DNA of 62,842 nucleotides, counting the filler, from Rhabdomonas costata (taxonomy: Eukaryota), in the NCBI GenBank assembly GCA_019059605.1. It is 27 parts of 27 records of this genome, joined end to end, with 100 filler letters (N's around TTAATTAATTAA, not from the genome) between each part and the next. Parts side by side here need not be neighbours in the genome. Positions count along the whole stretch, not along the records: positions 48,961 to 51,191 come from JAHMHO010004675.1; positions 51,292 to 53,521 come from JAHMHO010004676.1; positions 53,622 to 55,852 come from JAHMHO010004677.1; positions 55,953 to 58,182 come from JAHMHO010004678.1; positions 58,283 to 60,512 come from JAHMHO010004679.1; 22 more parts are not named here. One strand, given 5' to 3'. Shown here one piece after another: positions 49,308 to 60,221 of the stretch; within the stretch, counting starts at the first letter, position 1; each line of letters starts with the position of its first letter. A program made the position numbers and the translations under genes. Under the pieces are notes generated by a model. It saw only the letters and a list, made by a program, of their open reading frames with translations, had not been told where the DNA came from and did not search any database.

Positions 49308-49697
49308 TCACAGGCCATCCAACTGGACGACTGTGCGCTTTACGACTGCGCAGGTATCCGCTTTGAATCTGATCGGAATTCTCTGTGTTTCGAATTCCGG
49401 CCTCGCGAGCCACTCTTCGCGGGTATCGAATGTCTGGTCAACGGCCCAGTTTTTGCCTTCTCTGATGACCTCACCAAATAAGTCCTGCCCGACCAAACGG
49501 TCGGCCACAAAGATCCCCACCTGCCAAAACGGAAAATGTTGATGTAACAACGGATAATCGCACGTCATTTTGACTGCCTTCAGGCAGTCCTTTGGCAAGG
49601 TCTTAATCATCGTTGTGATGATTTTGCGGAGCTCGCTGAGTTGGCTTGGGGCTGGGGGCTGACCAACCGGGAAAACAACAGTGATGATGCTCGACAT
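49308..49697 (-). CDS. Intronless 129-aa hypothetical protein on the virus-like contig
   Basis: Complete ATG-to-TGA ORF in a good start context (gccaaccATG). No family recognised. Confidence 0.6.
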   Translation of the reverse strand: MSSIITVVFPVGQPPAPSQLSELRKIITTMIKTLPKDCLKAVKMTCDYPLLHQHFPFWQVGIFVADRLVGQDLFGEVIREGKNWAVDQTFDTREEWLARPEFETQRIPIRFKADTCAVVKRTVVQLDGL

Positions 49698-49737
49698 GGT
49701 GTTGGCGATAGGTAGGCTGTTGAAAAGTAGTTGCTGG

Positions 49738-50148
49738 CTATGTGGGCTTCGTGAGCTTGCCTCATTCGCTCACAACAACCCTCAGAAAAAGCTTAGGGCT
49801 TCGTGGCTCGGGCTTGGGCTCGGGCTCGGGCTTGGGCTCATAAAAGTTGCACTCGCTTGCAACAATCCTCAGAGGAAGCTTTGAGGGCTTCGTGTACTTG
49901 GGTTTTGTGGGCTTCGTGGGCTCGGGCTTGGGCTCATTAAAGCCGCATTCGCTTGCAACAATCCTCATAGGAAGCATAGGGGGCTTCGTGCGCTTGGGCT
50001 TCGTGCACTTGGGCTTCGTGATCTTCGGCTGAAAAATCGTCAGTTCGTTGATTCGCTCACACGTGCACGTGGCGTTCCCGCATTGCAAGCATTTCACATA
50101 TATAATAATCTGAAAGATGTGCTGAATAAACTCCTTCGAGATTTCCAT
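49738..50148 (-). pseudogene. Intronless K/P-rich repeat protein with a CxxCxxxxCxC motif and a premature TGA
   Basis: MEISKEF...KCLQCGNATCTC, then 3 repeats of (TKP)n-LPxRIVASEC. The third repeat has TGA (49762-49764) at the Cys position and the frame continues GKLTKPT to TAG 49738. Confidence 0.55.
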
Positions 50149-50270
50149 TGTCACGCTATCAACAACTGATACGTAACAGCAGTAAATAGACAAAAAGTAA
50201 CGTGCGCACTTTATGTCACTAGGACATGTAATTCAATATATTATTATGGAATATCTAATAAATCGTTTAT

Positions 50271-50278
50271 TCAATTTT
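50271..50278 (-). promoter_or_regulatory. AAAATTGA Mimiviridae-type early promoter octamer
   Basis: On the coding strand 122 nt upstream of ATG 50148, within AATATAAAAATTGAATAA, which is identical to the copy at 51081. Confidence 0.55.
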
Positions 50279-50297
50279 TATATTCTATATTGTTTGT

Positions 50298-50331
50298 TTT
50301 ACTTTCTTACATATATATGTAAGAAAGTAAA
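50298..50331. terminator. Perfect 34-bp AT-rich palindrome, candidate hairpin polyadenylation signal
   Basis: tttactttcttacatatatatgtaagaaagtaaa equals its own reverse complement. It sits just 3' of the upstream minus-strand gene. Confidence 0.55.
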
Positions 50332-50343
50332 CAATATTGACAT

Positions 50344-50988
50344 CTAAAATAATCTTTTTACATCTAGTCTAGAAAACATACGTGAAGCAACAATAGATCC
50401 TTCTGTTTGTGTAGTATCCCTACCAACAAGATCATCCTAAAGAAACTTTCTTTCAAGAGGAGTCACTTTCGTATAATTGCGACGTTCTTGCAATGATTTA
50501 CTCTCTTCTGCTTGGTCCATTTCAACCATTTGCACTAACTGCAAATGTCTGAACACCATGATCATGACACTCATGTCTTTTTTTCTTGTTCATCCTGTTC
50601 AGATCCTTTCACTATTTGCAAAAATTTGAGCATTATATTCATAATGCCTTCGACAATCATGTCCTTTTTTCCTGCTTCGGCAACCCAAATATGTGCATTA
50701 TTTTCAAATAATCGCACATCATGGACATGAGGCCTTCTCCAATCGTGGGTTTTTTGGTTTTCCACTTAGAATCATTGGGCATCATTGACAACTCATCACA
50801 TGCTGTTGTCAACTGACCCAATTGCACAAATATTTGCACTGGTTGCAAATTTTTGAGCATCATAATTCCTTCAACAATCATGTCTTTTTTACATGCCACT
50901 CCTCAGTACCATAAGCCATTGCTAATTCATCACTTGCTATCTTCAACTTTTTTATCAGTTGCTGTTGCCTTTGTTGTGAAGTTTCCAT
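50344..50988 (-). pseudogene. Frameshifted intronless helical-repeat ORFan
   Basis: METSQQRQQQLIKKLKIASDELAMAYGTEEWHVKK/DMIVEGIMMLKNLQ...LTTACDELSMMPNDSKWKTKKPTIGEGLM.../KKDMIVEGIMNIMLKFLQ: three related units across shifted frames, with a DNA direct repeat at ~50623-50670 and ~50848-50892. Confidence 0.55.
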
Positions 50989-51080
50989 GACAAAAACAAC
51001 TGATGAACAAAAATTTGAAAAATTTCATCCGAAGATGGTAATTTTTTAAATTATAATGGACTATTCAATAAAATTATTAT

Positions 51081-51088
51081 TCAATTTT
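51081..51088 (-). promoter_or_regulatory. AAAATTGA Mimiviridae-type early promoter octamer (third copy at 51170-51177)
   Basis: On the coding strand 92 nt upstream of ATG 50988. Confidence 0.55.
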
Positions 51089-51552
51089 TATATTATTTCC
51101 TTATTTTAGATGTATCTATATCCGTTTCTATATATTGTTGCGCTTTATCAAAAGATTCAATGGCTATATTCAATTTTTCTTTTATGTCATCNNNNNNNNN
51201 NNNNNNNNNNNNNNNNNNNNNNNNNNNNNNNNNNNTTAATTAATTAANNNNNNNNNNNNNNNNNNNNNNNNNNNNNNNNNNNNNNNNNNNNGGTGTTGTG
51301 TCGTATACGAGCGCCATAAAAATAATAAATAAAATTAAAAATTATAAATTATATACTATTATTTTTATAAAAATTAAATGATAGTAAAATTTAACAATGT
51401 AATAATGTTCTCCCAATTGATCCGCTAAGTCTTAAAACGCCCCCCCCCTGAAAAAATCAGTTGTCCCCGCATTTCTAGTCGGGTTGGTATTGCGTTTCTT
51501 AATCCAAGGAGAACACGCTCTCTCTCCCTTCAGTCCTTTTGCAAAAAAGAAC

Positions 51553-51780
51553 CTGATCAGAGACAGCGGCGCAGTCATCGGCGAAGTGCAGAACATTGAA
51601 CGTCGCCGTGTCGGGCAGGCCCTCCAGGTGGCTGCGCAGCAGCGGGAGGAGGTGCGCCAACTTGGTGCACCCCTCCGGGTACACCTTCTCGCGCATCGTG
51701 CGGCCCACGCTGACGACATACAGCACCCTGCTGACCCCATAGCTCGGCGGGAATGTGGCCACTGTGAACGGAGCAGCCTC
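51553..51780 (-). CDS. vWA-domain exon with a degenerate MIDAS motif
   Basis: 76 codons between tttcag and GTTCTT: RVLYVVSVGRTM...TKLAHLLPLLRSHLEGLPDTATFNVLHFAD, a VIT/vWA5-like pattern. Confidence 0.7.
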
Positions 51781-53090
51781 CTGAAACATATCACAAAGAG
51801 GGACAAAAACGGACAAGAAGAAGGAGTGTGAGGGCAGGACCCAAAACAGTGCCACTCTGAGGTAAGTATTGCGCAAAATCTCCCATGGTGTGCACTGCTA
51901 TCAAGGCAAGTTGGCTCTTGGGGGGGCTGAAACCACACACTCAGCTCTGTGTTAAACACCCGATGGCACACCTTTCCCGGGGGTGCGAGGTACTTCAGCA
52001 CCAAAGTGCTCTCATCTCCTGGGCTGCGGTATTCTTGGAGTGTCCTCTTGTCGTCGGTCTGGTGGTAACGTCGCGTCCACCCTTGCTGAGAAGTTTACGC
52101 GCACGCCCACACAATAACAAATCGAATTTCAAAACACTTTCTGAGGGAGCTGCAGCGATGTCAAAACATCGAAAACGCCCGTAAGGTATCAGATAGAACA
52201 CTGATAGGAACCAGGACAACCGGCCTTATTGACCCCTCTGCTGCTACAGAACGTCCAGAGTTCCCAAAACACAAACAGATATTTTCGTGATGGCGTGCGG
52301 GGGGTGCACATACACGCAATGGTGAGAAACCGTGTTGCGACCAAGAGCATAGCTTTGAACCTCAGGTGCTGTGCCTGCACAGCTCCGCGCAACAGATTAC
52401 AACCATAGCAACCGAATGTGAGGAATCGACAGGCACCTGTGAGGTAAAGGTACGGAAGACAAAGCGCTGGAACTCAACGGGGATCCCTGCAAACAAAACA
52501 AGAGGAATGCTCGATACCCCGATACCCGAAATGAGGGCTCACAAGCAACCTGTTCCGCAACCTATTTCGCCCCCACCCCACCTGCCGCCTTGCTGAATCA
52601 CGATGCGTTCTGCTCCTGTACATTGTTTTATGCATCGTATAATTGACTGGTTTTCGTCCCATCAGTTCCTGTGAGTCACAGTGGGAATTCAGCGAATAGT
52701 CCCTGTATGAGGGTCGAACTGAGAGTCGAATTTGTCGTACATTGCCTGTGGACTGGCTTGCCGTGGATTTGCCTATTGTGGTACCAGCAGTGGTAAAGTT
52801 CTCCTGAGGTCACTTAGATATGCAGACCCAACCAATAGAAGGGCTTACAGGACTGTTTTGAAAATTGTCCCGGGCAGAACGACCCCTCAAGATATCGTCG
52901 CGCAGAAACCATTCCGTCAGATATCGACCCAAACGCCTCTCCAGTTCTGGAGGGGGGATCAGTGTTGGTAATAAGAACAATAGGGCACACACACCCTCCC
53001 CCCGTGTTGGGTTTTGATTCCAAGAAGGCGAACTGCTGCAGATCCTTCAAAGCTTCAAAGGACGCCAGCACCACATACAGTGAACTCACG

Positions 53091-53239
53091 CAGAAGATGG
53101 ACGTGGGGAAAGGCAAACCTTCCGCGGCCAGAACCTTCTTCTTCAGTCCCTCCACTGTGGTGCCCTCGTGGGCATCGATCGTGAACATTCCAGCATCTCG
53201 ACCTCCTCGAACCACATTGATGGGAAGAAACAATGACAT
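53091..53239 (-). CDS. Ubiquitin-like N-terminal exon, possibly the same gene as the vWA exon
   Basis: MSLFLPINVVRGGRDAGMFTIDAHEGTTVEGLKKKVLAAEGLP resembles the ubiquitin-fold pattern TVxxLKxKIxxxEG. Candidate donor GTGAGT. Confidence 0.5.
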
Positions 53240-54214
53240 TTCCTGCTTGTTAACAACTTTCACGCCGCTGCCTATCTTCCTGACCGTTTTCTGGCCAGAG
53301 CCATTGGTGCACAGAAAGCGAAGCAAAACTGGCGAAGAGTACCTGACCCAAAACGGCGGGTGCGCGAGGGAGCAGAATTGCTCGAACAGACCGCTGCACC
53401 ACTCCACAGCAAGACCCTCCACAGCCTCACCCAATGTGGGGATCTTGTCGCCGACAACAGGAATCCAGAATGTTCGGGCAATCCACGCAAAGTCCTTTGA
53501 ACTGTCCCCCAAAGAACACTTNNNNNNNNNNNNNNNNNNNNNNNNNNNNNNNNNNNNNNNNNNNNTTAATTAATTAANNNNNNNNNNNNNNNNNNNNNNN
53601 NNNNNNNNNNNNNNNNNNNNNGTGGTGGGGGGTGAAAGTCAAAAACCAGGAAGCAAGAACAGACTGTGACAAGAACAGAATGTGCCTAACCGAAGCAAAA
53701 ACACTGGCCCCAAAACACTGGTCATGATTTTGCCCCGGACGATATGTGCCGAGTTCCAGTTGTAACTTTAAGCTTCAGGTCCACTCGTCGTTGCGGGGGT
53801 GGGGGTGTAACGGTTACCAGATCACTTTTCTTTGTGCACCAGCGTCCTAGCCAATCATTGCTCCCCTCCTCCTGCTGCTCCTCCTCCCCTTTCAGGGTCG
53901 TTGTGGGCTTCCAATTTGGTAAGTACAACACCGGAGGCCAACAAGGCCTTTACACATCCCTGACCAATAGAATAGGTCACGTAGGAAAACCGCTGGTAAC
54001 CAATACCCCCGCCCTCCTTGCAACATCAAGAGCACCAACCTTCAAACACGATGGCTGTCCATGATTCAGTTTCCGTTGTGCCGCCTGAATTTGTCTTGAA
54101 TGGACAGCTGAGGTGAATGAATGCTTCCGAAGTGCACTGCAGCGAGACAGCAAAGAGGAAAAAGCATGCCCTGCATAGCTGAATGCTCAGCAGATCGGAT
54201 GACAGGATGAGGGG

Positions 54215-54370
54215 CCCCTCGATGACCACACTCAGGGTGAACGACTTCGTATAGATCGCAGATAGGACCGAGCTCACCACGCCAATCGAAATCGAAACAA
54301 TGTAGCTGGTCAAGACAGTGAAGGTGATCGCAATGGATTCGTTGTGGTGGGAGCGCCGCGCCGACGAAAG
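54215..54370 (-). CDS. Membrane-protein exon, possibly a CPA1/NHE antiporter
   Basis: GC3-rich hydrophobic stretch ITFTVLTSYIVSISIGVVSSVLSAIYTKSFTLSVVIE. Exon boundaries are uncertain. Confidence 0.4.
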
Positions 54371-56410
54371 TATTTGGCCACCAGAGACCAAGCGTAACGT
54401 GCAATTGTAGGAGCCAACCAGTGCAAGGGACTTATCTGAGTGAAAAGATGGCCGGATGGAGCTTCAGGAGGGGCTGTCAGAATACAATGTTGTAAAACAA
54501 CGTTATGATGGTGAACACCTCCCCACATGTTTCCACTGTCGCCATCAAATTGGGACTCAGCTTCCTTTGTGTGTGGTTCTGTTCAACTTTGATCATGCTC
54601 GCTGAAAAAGCAAATTGCGACTCAGCAAGTTCCATGAGTTGCGGCATAAGGGCGCTTTATCTGCCAACTGTGACCCGAGACAAACCCCCCGATATGTCCC
54701 GAGACGTGAATACCTCGGCATAAGAGCGTTAGACATACAAGCGATGGGTAATGCACCGTAAATTGACAGCGGCAATAGGCTACCAACGTATGTAGGAGTT
54801 TAGAAAAGAAGTACACGAGAAGCACAAGCGCGATTCACCGAGCCGTAAAGCGGAAGGGTTTGTATGTGTTTACGTGAAAGGTGACGGGTCCCCTATATAT
54901 CACCCCTATGGGAGATTCTTGGTCTCGCAGGGTAATGTGGCGATGCACCTTTCTTTGGGAAAATTCCACGATGTCTTGACTCAGGTGCATCACCAGGAAA
55001 GACATATTTGACGGACACGCCTGGATTCCATGAGCTGCTGGTTTTTTCTTTTGCAAATCCGAGATTCCGGGGTGAGTTCAGGCCTTTTCTCTCAACACAT
55101 AGGGATGACCGGAAACCGGCTGAGCAGGTGGAGCAAATGCTCAGTCATCGTCATCTCTAAAAAGTTTTGTTCATTTGATAATTGACAAAACTTGATTTAA
55201 AAAGGGGCCATCAATGTGGAAAAAATGGACAATAGTTCACCCTATCGCATGCACACACTTATCAGGTCCTGTTTGCCCCCAACAATGGTTAGTTACCATG
55301 AAGAGTTTTGAAAATAGTCTCGTTTTTGGCCTGTTTGGCCCATTATTAGCCCATTTTGCTTGGTTTTGCCCCATTTTAGGGCAGTTTTCACAAAATATTC
55401 GACCCCCCTGCCCCCGTATGATGAATGTTGGATTGGAAACTATGATGGTGTGATGGTGTAGTATGTCCCTTCCGGCCTGCACTTTTTGGGGGCCCAACAC
55501 TGACGGGCGGGGGAAGGGGGTAACGAGATAGAGAACTATTGTCCATTTTAAGCACACTACTGGAGTTAACAACAAGGCATGCCCGCACAAACGGGGTGCC
55601 GATAGTAGATAGTAGCGTTGGGACGGCGCACCCCGCAAGCCTCAGACACGAAAAAAAAGTACATAAACAGCAGACCACACAAGCAAACACCGGACAGCAT
55701 GGTGTCCGGAGATCAACGCGACCAAACAAAACCGACGACGCGTTAGGGAAGGGGGAGCCGAGGCGCGGTCCCTGTAAAACGGGATTAGCTCGAACAAAGC
55801 CGCCGAGCAATAGAATCGAGTGGGCCGAGTAGGCCGCCTAGGATCACCAACCNNNNNNNNNNNNNNNNNNNNNNNNNNNNNNNNNNNNNNNNNNNNTTAA
55901 TTAATTAANNNNNNNNNNNNNNNNNNNNNNNNNNNNNNNNNNNNNNNNNNNNCAACCCTGAAATGCTGTGTGAACAGGGGGGTGGGGACAAATTTAACCT
56001 GATCCATGTCCGAGTGTCGGGTGTGCCCAAGGATACGATACGCACCATTGGACCTTGGTGATTTGCTGGGTGTGCAAACGGCGTCACTGTACAGGTGTGG
56101 GTGTCGCTGTCTGTGGAGCCTGTTTAGTGCACTTTTTCCTTTTCATAGCGATGGATTAACTGGAAACTCGGGACCTCTGTGCATGGAAAAAGGCCCCATT
56201 TGATCTGTTAGGCAGCAAAACAGCGAGGTTTTAGGACCACTCTTTCGCTGTAGAAGTCCGAAACAGTAACCTTCAATGTACAGCGAGCAAAATTCTCATT
56301 TTGAGGAGACGTGCGCAATCCTTTTTTTGACGTTCGGGTCTCCTAATGTATTTTCAGAGCGCCTGATATCGGGGCATCCTATTCAATTTAGCCCCACTCC
56401 TCGGTCCTTA

Positions 56411-56983
56411 GGACAACCCATCGGGCTGCAGCAGCTGGTGGCGTACGCGGAGAAGTTTTCCGAGGCCGCTCGGCTCTACCGGTGTGGGCAGCTGCCGGGT
56501 GCTCAGGCCGCGGCGGCGCATGCGGGGCGCTTGCTTGGCGCCGGCAGCGTTTTTGGCTCGTCCACGGCAATGGCGGTGGAGGACGAGGCGCTGCGAGCGC
56601 TCCAGCATCGGGTTGCACGGGCCCTGGTGGCACCCCAGGGCGTGGTGAGCGGCTCAAACTGTTCCACTTCTCTGGTGTCACGGTCGGGCGTTATTATTCA
56701 AGTCATGAAATAGCTGAGGCAATGGATGCTCCGTGGTCCAGGTGGTTCAGTCCCATTAGGATGCATCTCAGAGATTCGCTCGGAGTACGTTGGATATTTC
56801 CCTTTTTTTTTGCTGTACTTTTTTATATGTTTTGATGTATGTCTGAAGTGCTGTGTAACTCGGTCGCCTGCCGAACGGGGCTGTGGGATGCTTTTCTGCA
56901 GCTTTTTTTTTTGCAGGCGGCACGTGGTGCGTTTCCGCCCCGACGACCTGGCTTTGTTTTTGGCAGCAACTCCTCCAGAGCGA
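56411..56983 (+). CDS. Uncharacterised protein, two putative exons (~56411-56680, ~56917-56983)
   Basis: GC-rich open frames QPIGLQQLVAYAEKFSEAARLYRCG... and RHVVRFRPDDLALFLAATPPER, bounded by AG and GT. Confidence 0.45.
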
Positions 56984-58282
56984 GTGAGGTCCCCGTGCAT
57001 TGTGGGGGATGTACTTCGTGGACCACTCTCACTCTGCCCTGCCCCTCTTTCGAATGCGCACATACACACACACGTGCACCTTCCCCCGTTCTCTTCCTCC
57101 CGTGCTTTTCACTGCTCTGCACACTGCCTGCAGGTTGTCGTGGTGTGTATCCTACTGATCCAGGCTGTCGTGCGGTGTATTGCTGTCTCACATGGCCAAA
57201 GGAAAGTAAATTCCCGGGGAGGGGTGGACGCTCCGAATCTCTGATACGATCTCACAGGTCTTAAGCCTCTGAATTCATTAATCCAGACGCCTTTTCCCCT
57301 ACCCTGCCGCCCTCCACTGTATGAATAATATGAGTGGACTGGAGTCGGAGCCGGAGAGGAGGGAGGGAGGGGGGTGTGGAGGGTCACAAACCACCAAAGT
57401 GACAGACGACCACAATAAAACATGTGAGGAAAGACCACTGCGCAAAAGGTTCGGAACATCAGAGCGCAGGGAGCCGAACCCCAAAAACCGGGATTCCGAG
57501 GTCATGGGGAGGGGGGGCGAACGGAATAATCCGCTGTGGACGAAGTCCGTTCTCTCCAGTACGCACATGCGCACAGGGGCGCACCCCGCACTGGGACACC
57601 TCGCGATCTTGGTGTCTTGGTGTGCAGCGCTGGGGGCGCCTTGCGCAGCATTCAACTCAGGGTGGCTGATCTGGGCGAGGGGGGTCACGCTTTGACTACC
57701 CGGGAATTCCAGAAATTGTCGATTTTTTTCCAAGAATTACGAAGATTAATTTTTCTTTGTGCAGTCAAAGCAAAGGAAAGATGCTAATGAAAGCGATGAG
57801 TTTCTTAGTGCCTGAAGACAACCACTAGCTGCATAATTTCGAGAGAAAGAAAGAAAGAAAGAAGAAAGAAACGGGTTTCTTCTTGTACTGCAACCCATAA
57901 CCTTGTTCGTTTCACTGCACAGGTGAAAACGGGGGCATTTCGGACTTCGTATGAAAAGAAAGGTCAAAAGTGATTAACTGAAAACAACTGATATGACCCT
58001 TCTTTACGGTGTCCGCTTCGTTGCGTTGACGTTCCCAAGGTTTGTGACCTTGAATGTGAAGTGGGCCATAAATGGGTACAGCAACGCAACCACAGGGAGT
58101 GGCGAAGGGCTTCCATCCCCAAAATCGGACCCTCCTGAGGTGGAGGAGGCCGCCAGGGGTGGATCCCGACTCACAACACAAANNNNNNNNNNNNNNNNNN
58201 NNNNNNNNNNNNNNNNNNNNNNNNNNTTAATTAATTAANNNNNNNNNNNNNNNNNNNNNNNNNNNNNNNNNNNNNNNNNNNN

Positions 58283-58353
58283 TGTTTTTGGGCCCTTTTT
58301 GCCTTTATACGGTCCTTCCAAGCCCGTGTAAAGGCAAAAAGGGCTCAAAAACA
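58283..58353. repeat. Inverted repeat, 30-bp arms with 2 mismatches
   Basis: 58283-58312 pairs with 58324-58353. Confidence 0.85.
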
Positions 58354-58970
58354 TCCAAAATGGCCCTCACATTGCCTCTAGGGTGGCTGGAAAAAAAGCA
58401 TTCCGGCCCACTCCGGTGCCGGCCCCCGACGATTGGTAAAGTTCCGGAGGCCCTCTGAAGAGGCTAGATTGGCCCACATGGTAGAACTCCCAGAACAGCG
58501 ATAAGAGAAAAATGTGACTGTACTGAGTTGGGTGCAAAGGAAAACACTGGGTAAACAATGCCAAAGGCACCGAAATCGGCTCGGATCCATATTTTCGGTC
58601 TATCACGCTGGCAACTCTGGCCCCACCCCCAACCCAGGCCTGTGGAAAATGGGGGCCAGCAGTTGCCTGGGGCCTGGTTGGGGACATGAGAAGGAATCTC
58701 ATACACACAGCTGGGTGAGAAGAGTAGACCAGCGCAGATGCTATCAGGCGCCGAAATCGGTTAAAATCCATATTCTCGGTCAACCACGCTGGCCTCGCTC
58801 AGGGGGAAGGATGAAGACATCTCTGAACCCACCCTAAACACACACGTACACACAGCAATCCAATGAGATACTATTACCAAATGAATCTGTGGCGCTAATC
58901 ACTGCGAGAATATTCTGTCATGCGCCGAATTCGAATCACATCCATCAATGGCAGAGAGGGGGGTGCATAC

Positions 58971-59562
58971 CCACCACCACAGCTAAGGCCCTCCAGCGGA
59001 ACTCGCGAGACCCGGAGGCAGCCGTGCCAGGTCCAGAGTCCGGGCAAATCTTCGCCACGGCCCTCGCCAGCGCCCCCACAGGGGGCACCCCGGAGAAGCG
59101 GAACTGCACCCACCCCAGGAAGCCTATCCGATTGAGCTCCTTGCCCAGCAGCCACACCCCGAATGCCATGAACACCACCCCAAGCACGTTTTTCAGCAGC
59201 TGCGGCGGGGTGTGCACCAGGACCTCCGTGCCCAGGCAGAAGCACGTGGTCTTGGGGATCAGCAGCCACCAAAAGTAGTCCCAATTGATGTCCGCCCGGC
59301 TCTCCAAGTACAGCGGGATGATGCTAAACGGCGCGTTCACCGCGAGCAGCATCACAGCGTCGACGACTTCATTGGAGGAGGAGGTTAGGGTGGGGAACAG
59401 CCGCACCAGAAGCACCCAGGCCACATGGAAGATGATCGCGGGGCCAAACCCGGTCATCCCCATGGCAATGAAGCTGGGAACCACGAACAGCGCCAGCCCA
59501 AGCAAGGGCATCGCCCCAACCGCCAGGGACTGCTCGAAGAGGCTGTAGATCAGGGAGGGCAT
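58971..59562 (-). CDS. TauE/SafE (TSUP) family membrane transporter, first exon
   Basis: SFIAMGMTGFGPAIIF motif followed by several TM helices and P..LLKNVLGVVF. Donor GTATGC near 58970; tttgtag acceptor shortly upstream of the ATG. Confidence 0.8.
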
Positions 59563-60221
59563 TTTAGTTGTTCGGCGTTTCTGCGCACGCAGTTCAGGCT
59601 ACAAAGAACAAGTGATTATGATAATCACGGTCAACTCGGCGTCGTCGATCCGTGAAGAAGGCAGAGCTCCCACCAATACACACCAGAAGACAATCCAGAC
59701 GGGGATTCAGGCCGAAGCCCCGCACCTTTTCAGCGCGCTCTCAATACCAAAAACCAAACCAAAATAAAACCGACAAAAACTTCTGTCCGAGAGAGGAGTA
59801 GCAACCTGTAGAAACCAGACACACATTTTACACAGTCACAGACACACAAAAGTCAGCAAGAGGGGGCTTGTGCACATGGAACAAAGCAGCCGATGGCTGA
59901 ATTCCAGTATTCCGGTATTCTAACACCACTTCCAAACACTTCAAATTTGAAATAGGAATGCACGGAAGTAACAGCGGATTTGAATCGTGCCTGTGCCCTT
60001 GAACATGTGGGATGCTCTGAAGCGGCGCAAAATCTCGGAAGCTACCAGCAAAAAAGCAAAAAGACGGGCTCAGCAAGCTTTCTGCTTACCAGGTGCTTCG
60101 ATCTGACAAGTAAGGATATTATCAGAGAACACCGCTGCAACAGGAACTGGGAAAAAAAACACGAACGACGCTCAAGTGTCATAAAGGAAGTCAACGCACG
60201 AGCTGGCTCAAAACAGCAGCT

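Noticed and set aside
49210-49545. Plus-strand ORFs with a poly-Glu/Arg stretch on the virus-like contig
   Set aside because: They lack a proper start, arise from a GAA/GAG purine run, and largely shadow the minus-strand 129-aa ORF.
48961-51191. Mitochondrial DNA as the source of the AT-rich contig
   Set aside because: No respiratory-chain or rRNA similarity, and the ORFs are hydrophilic and moderately GC-rich; disfavoured, though not formally excluded.
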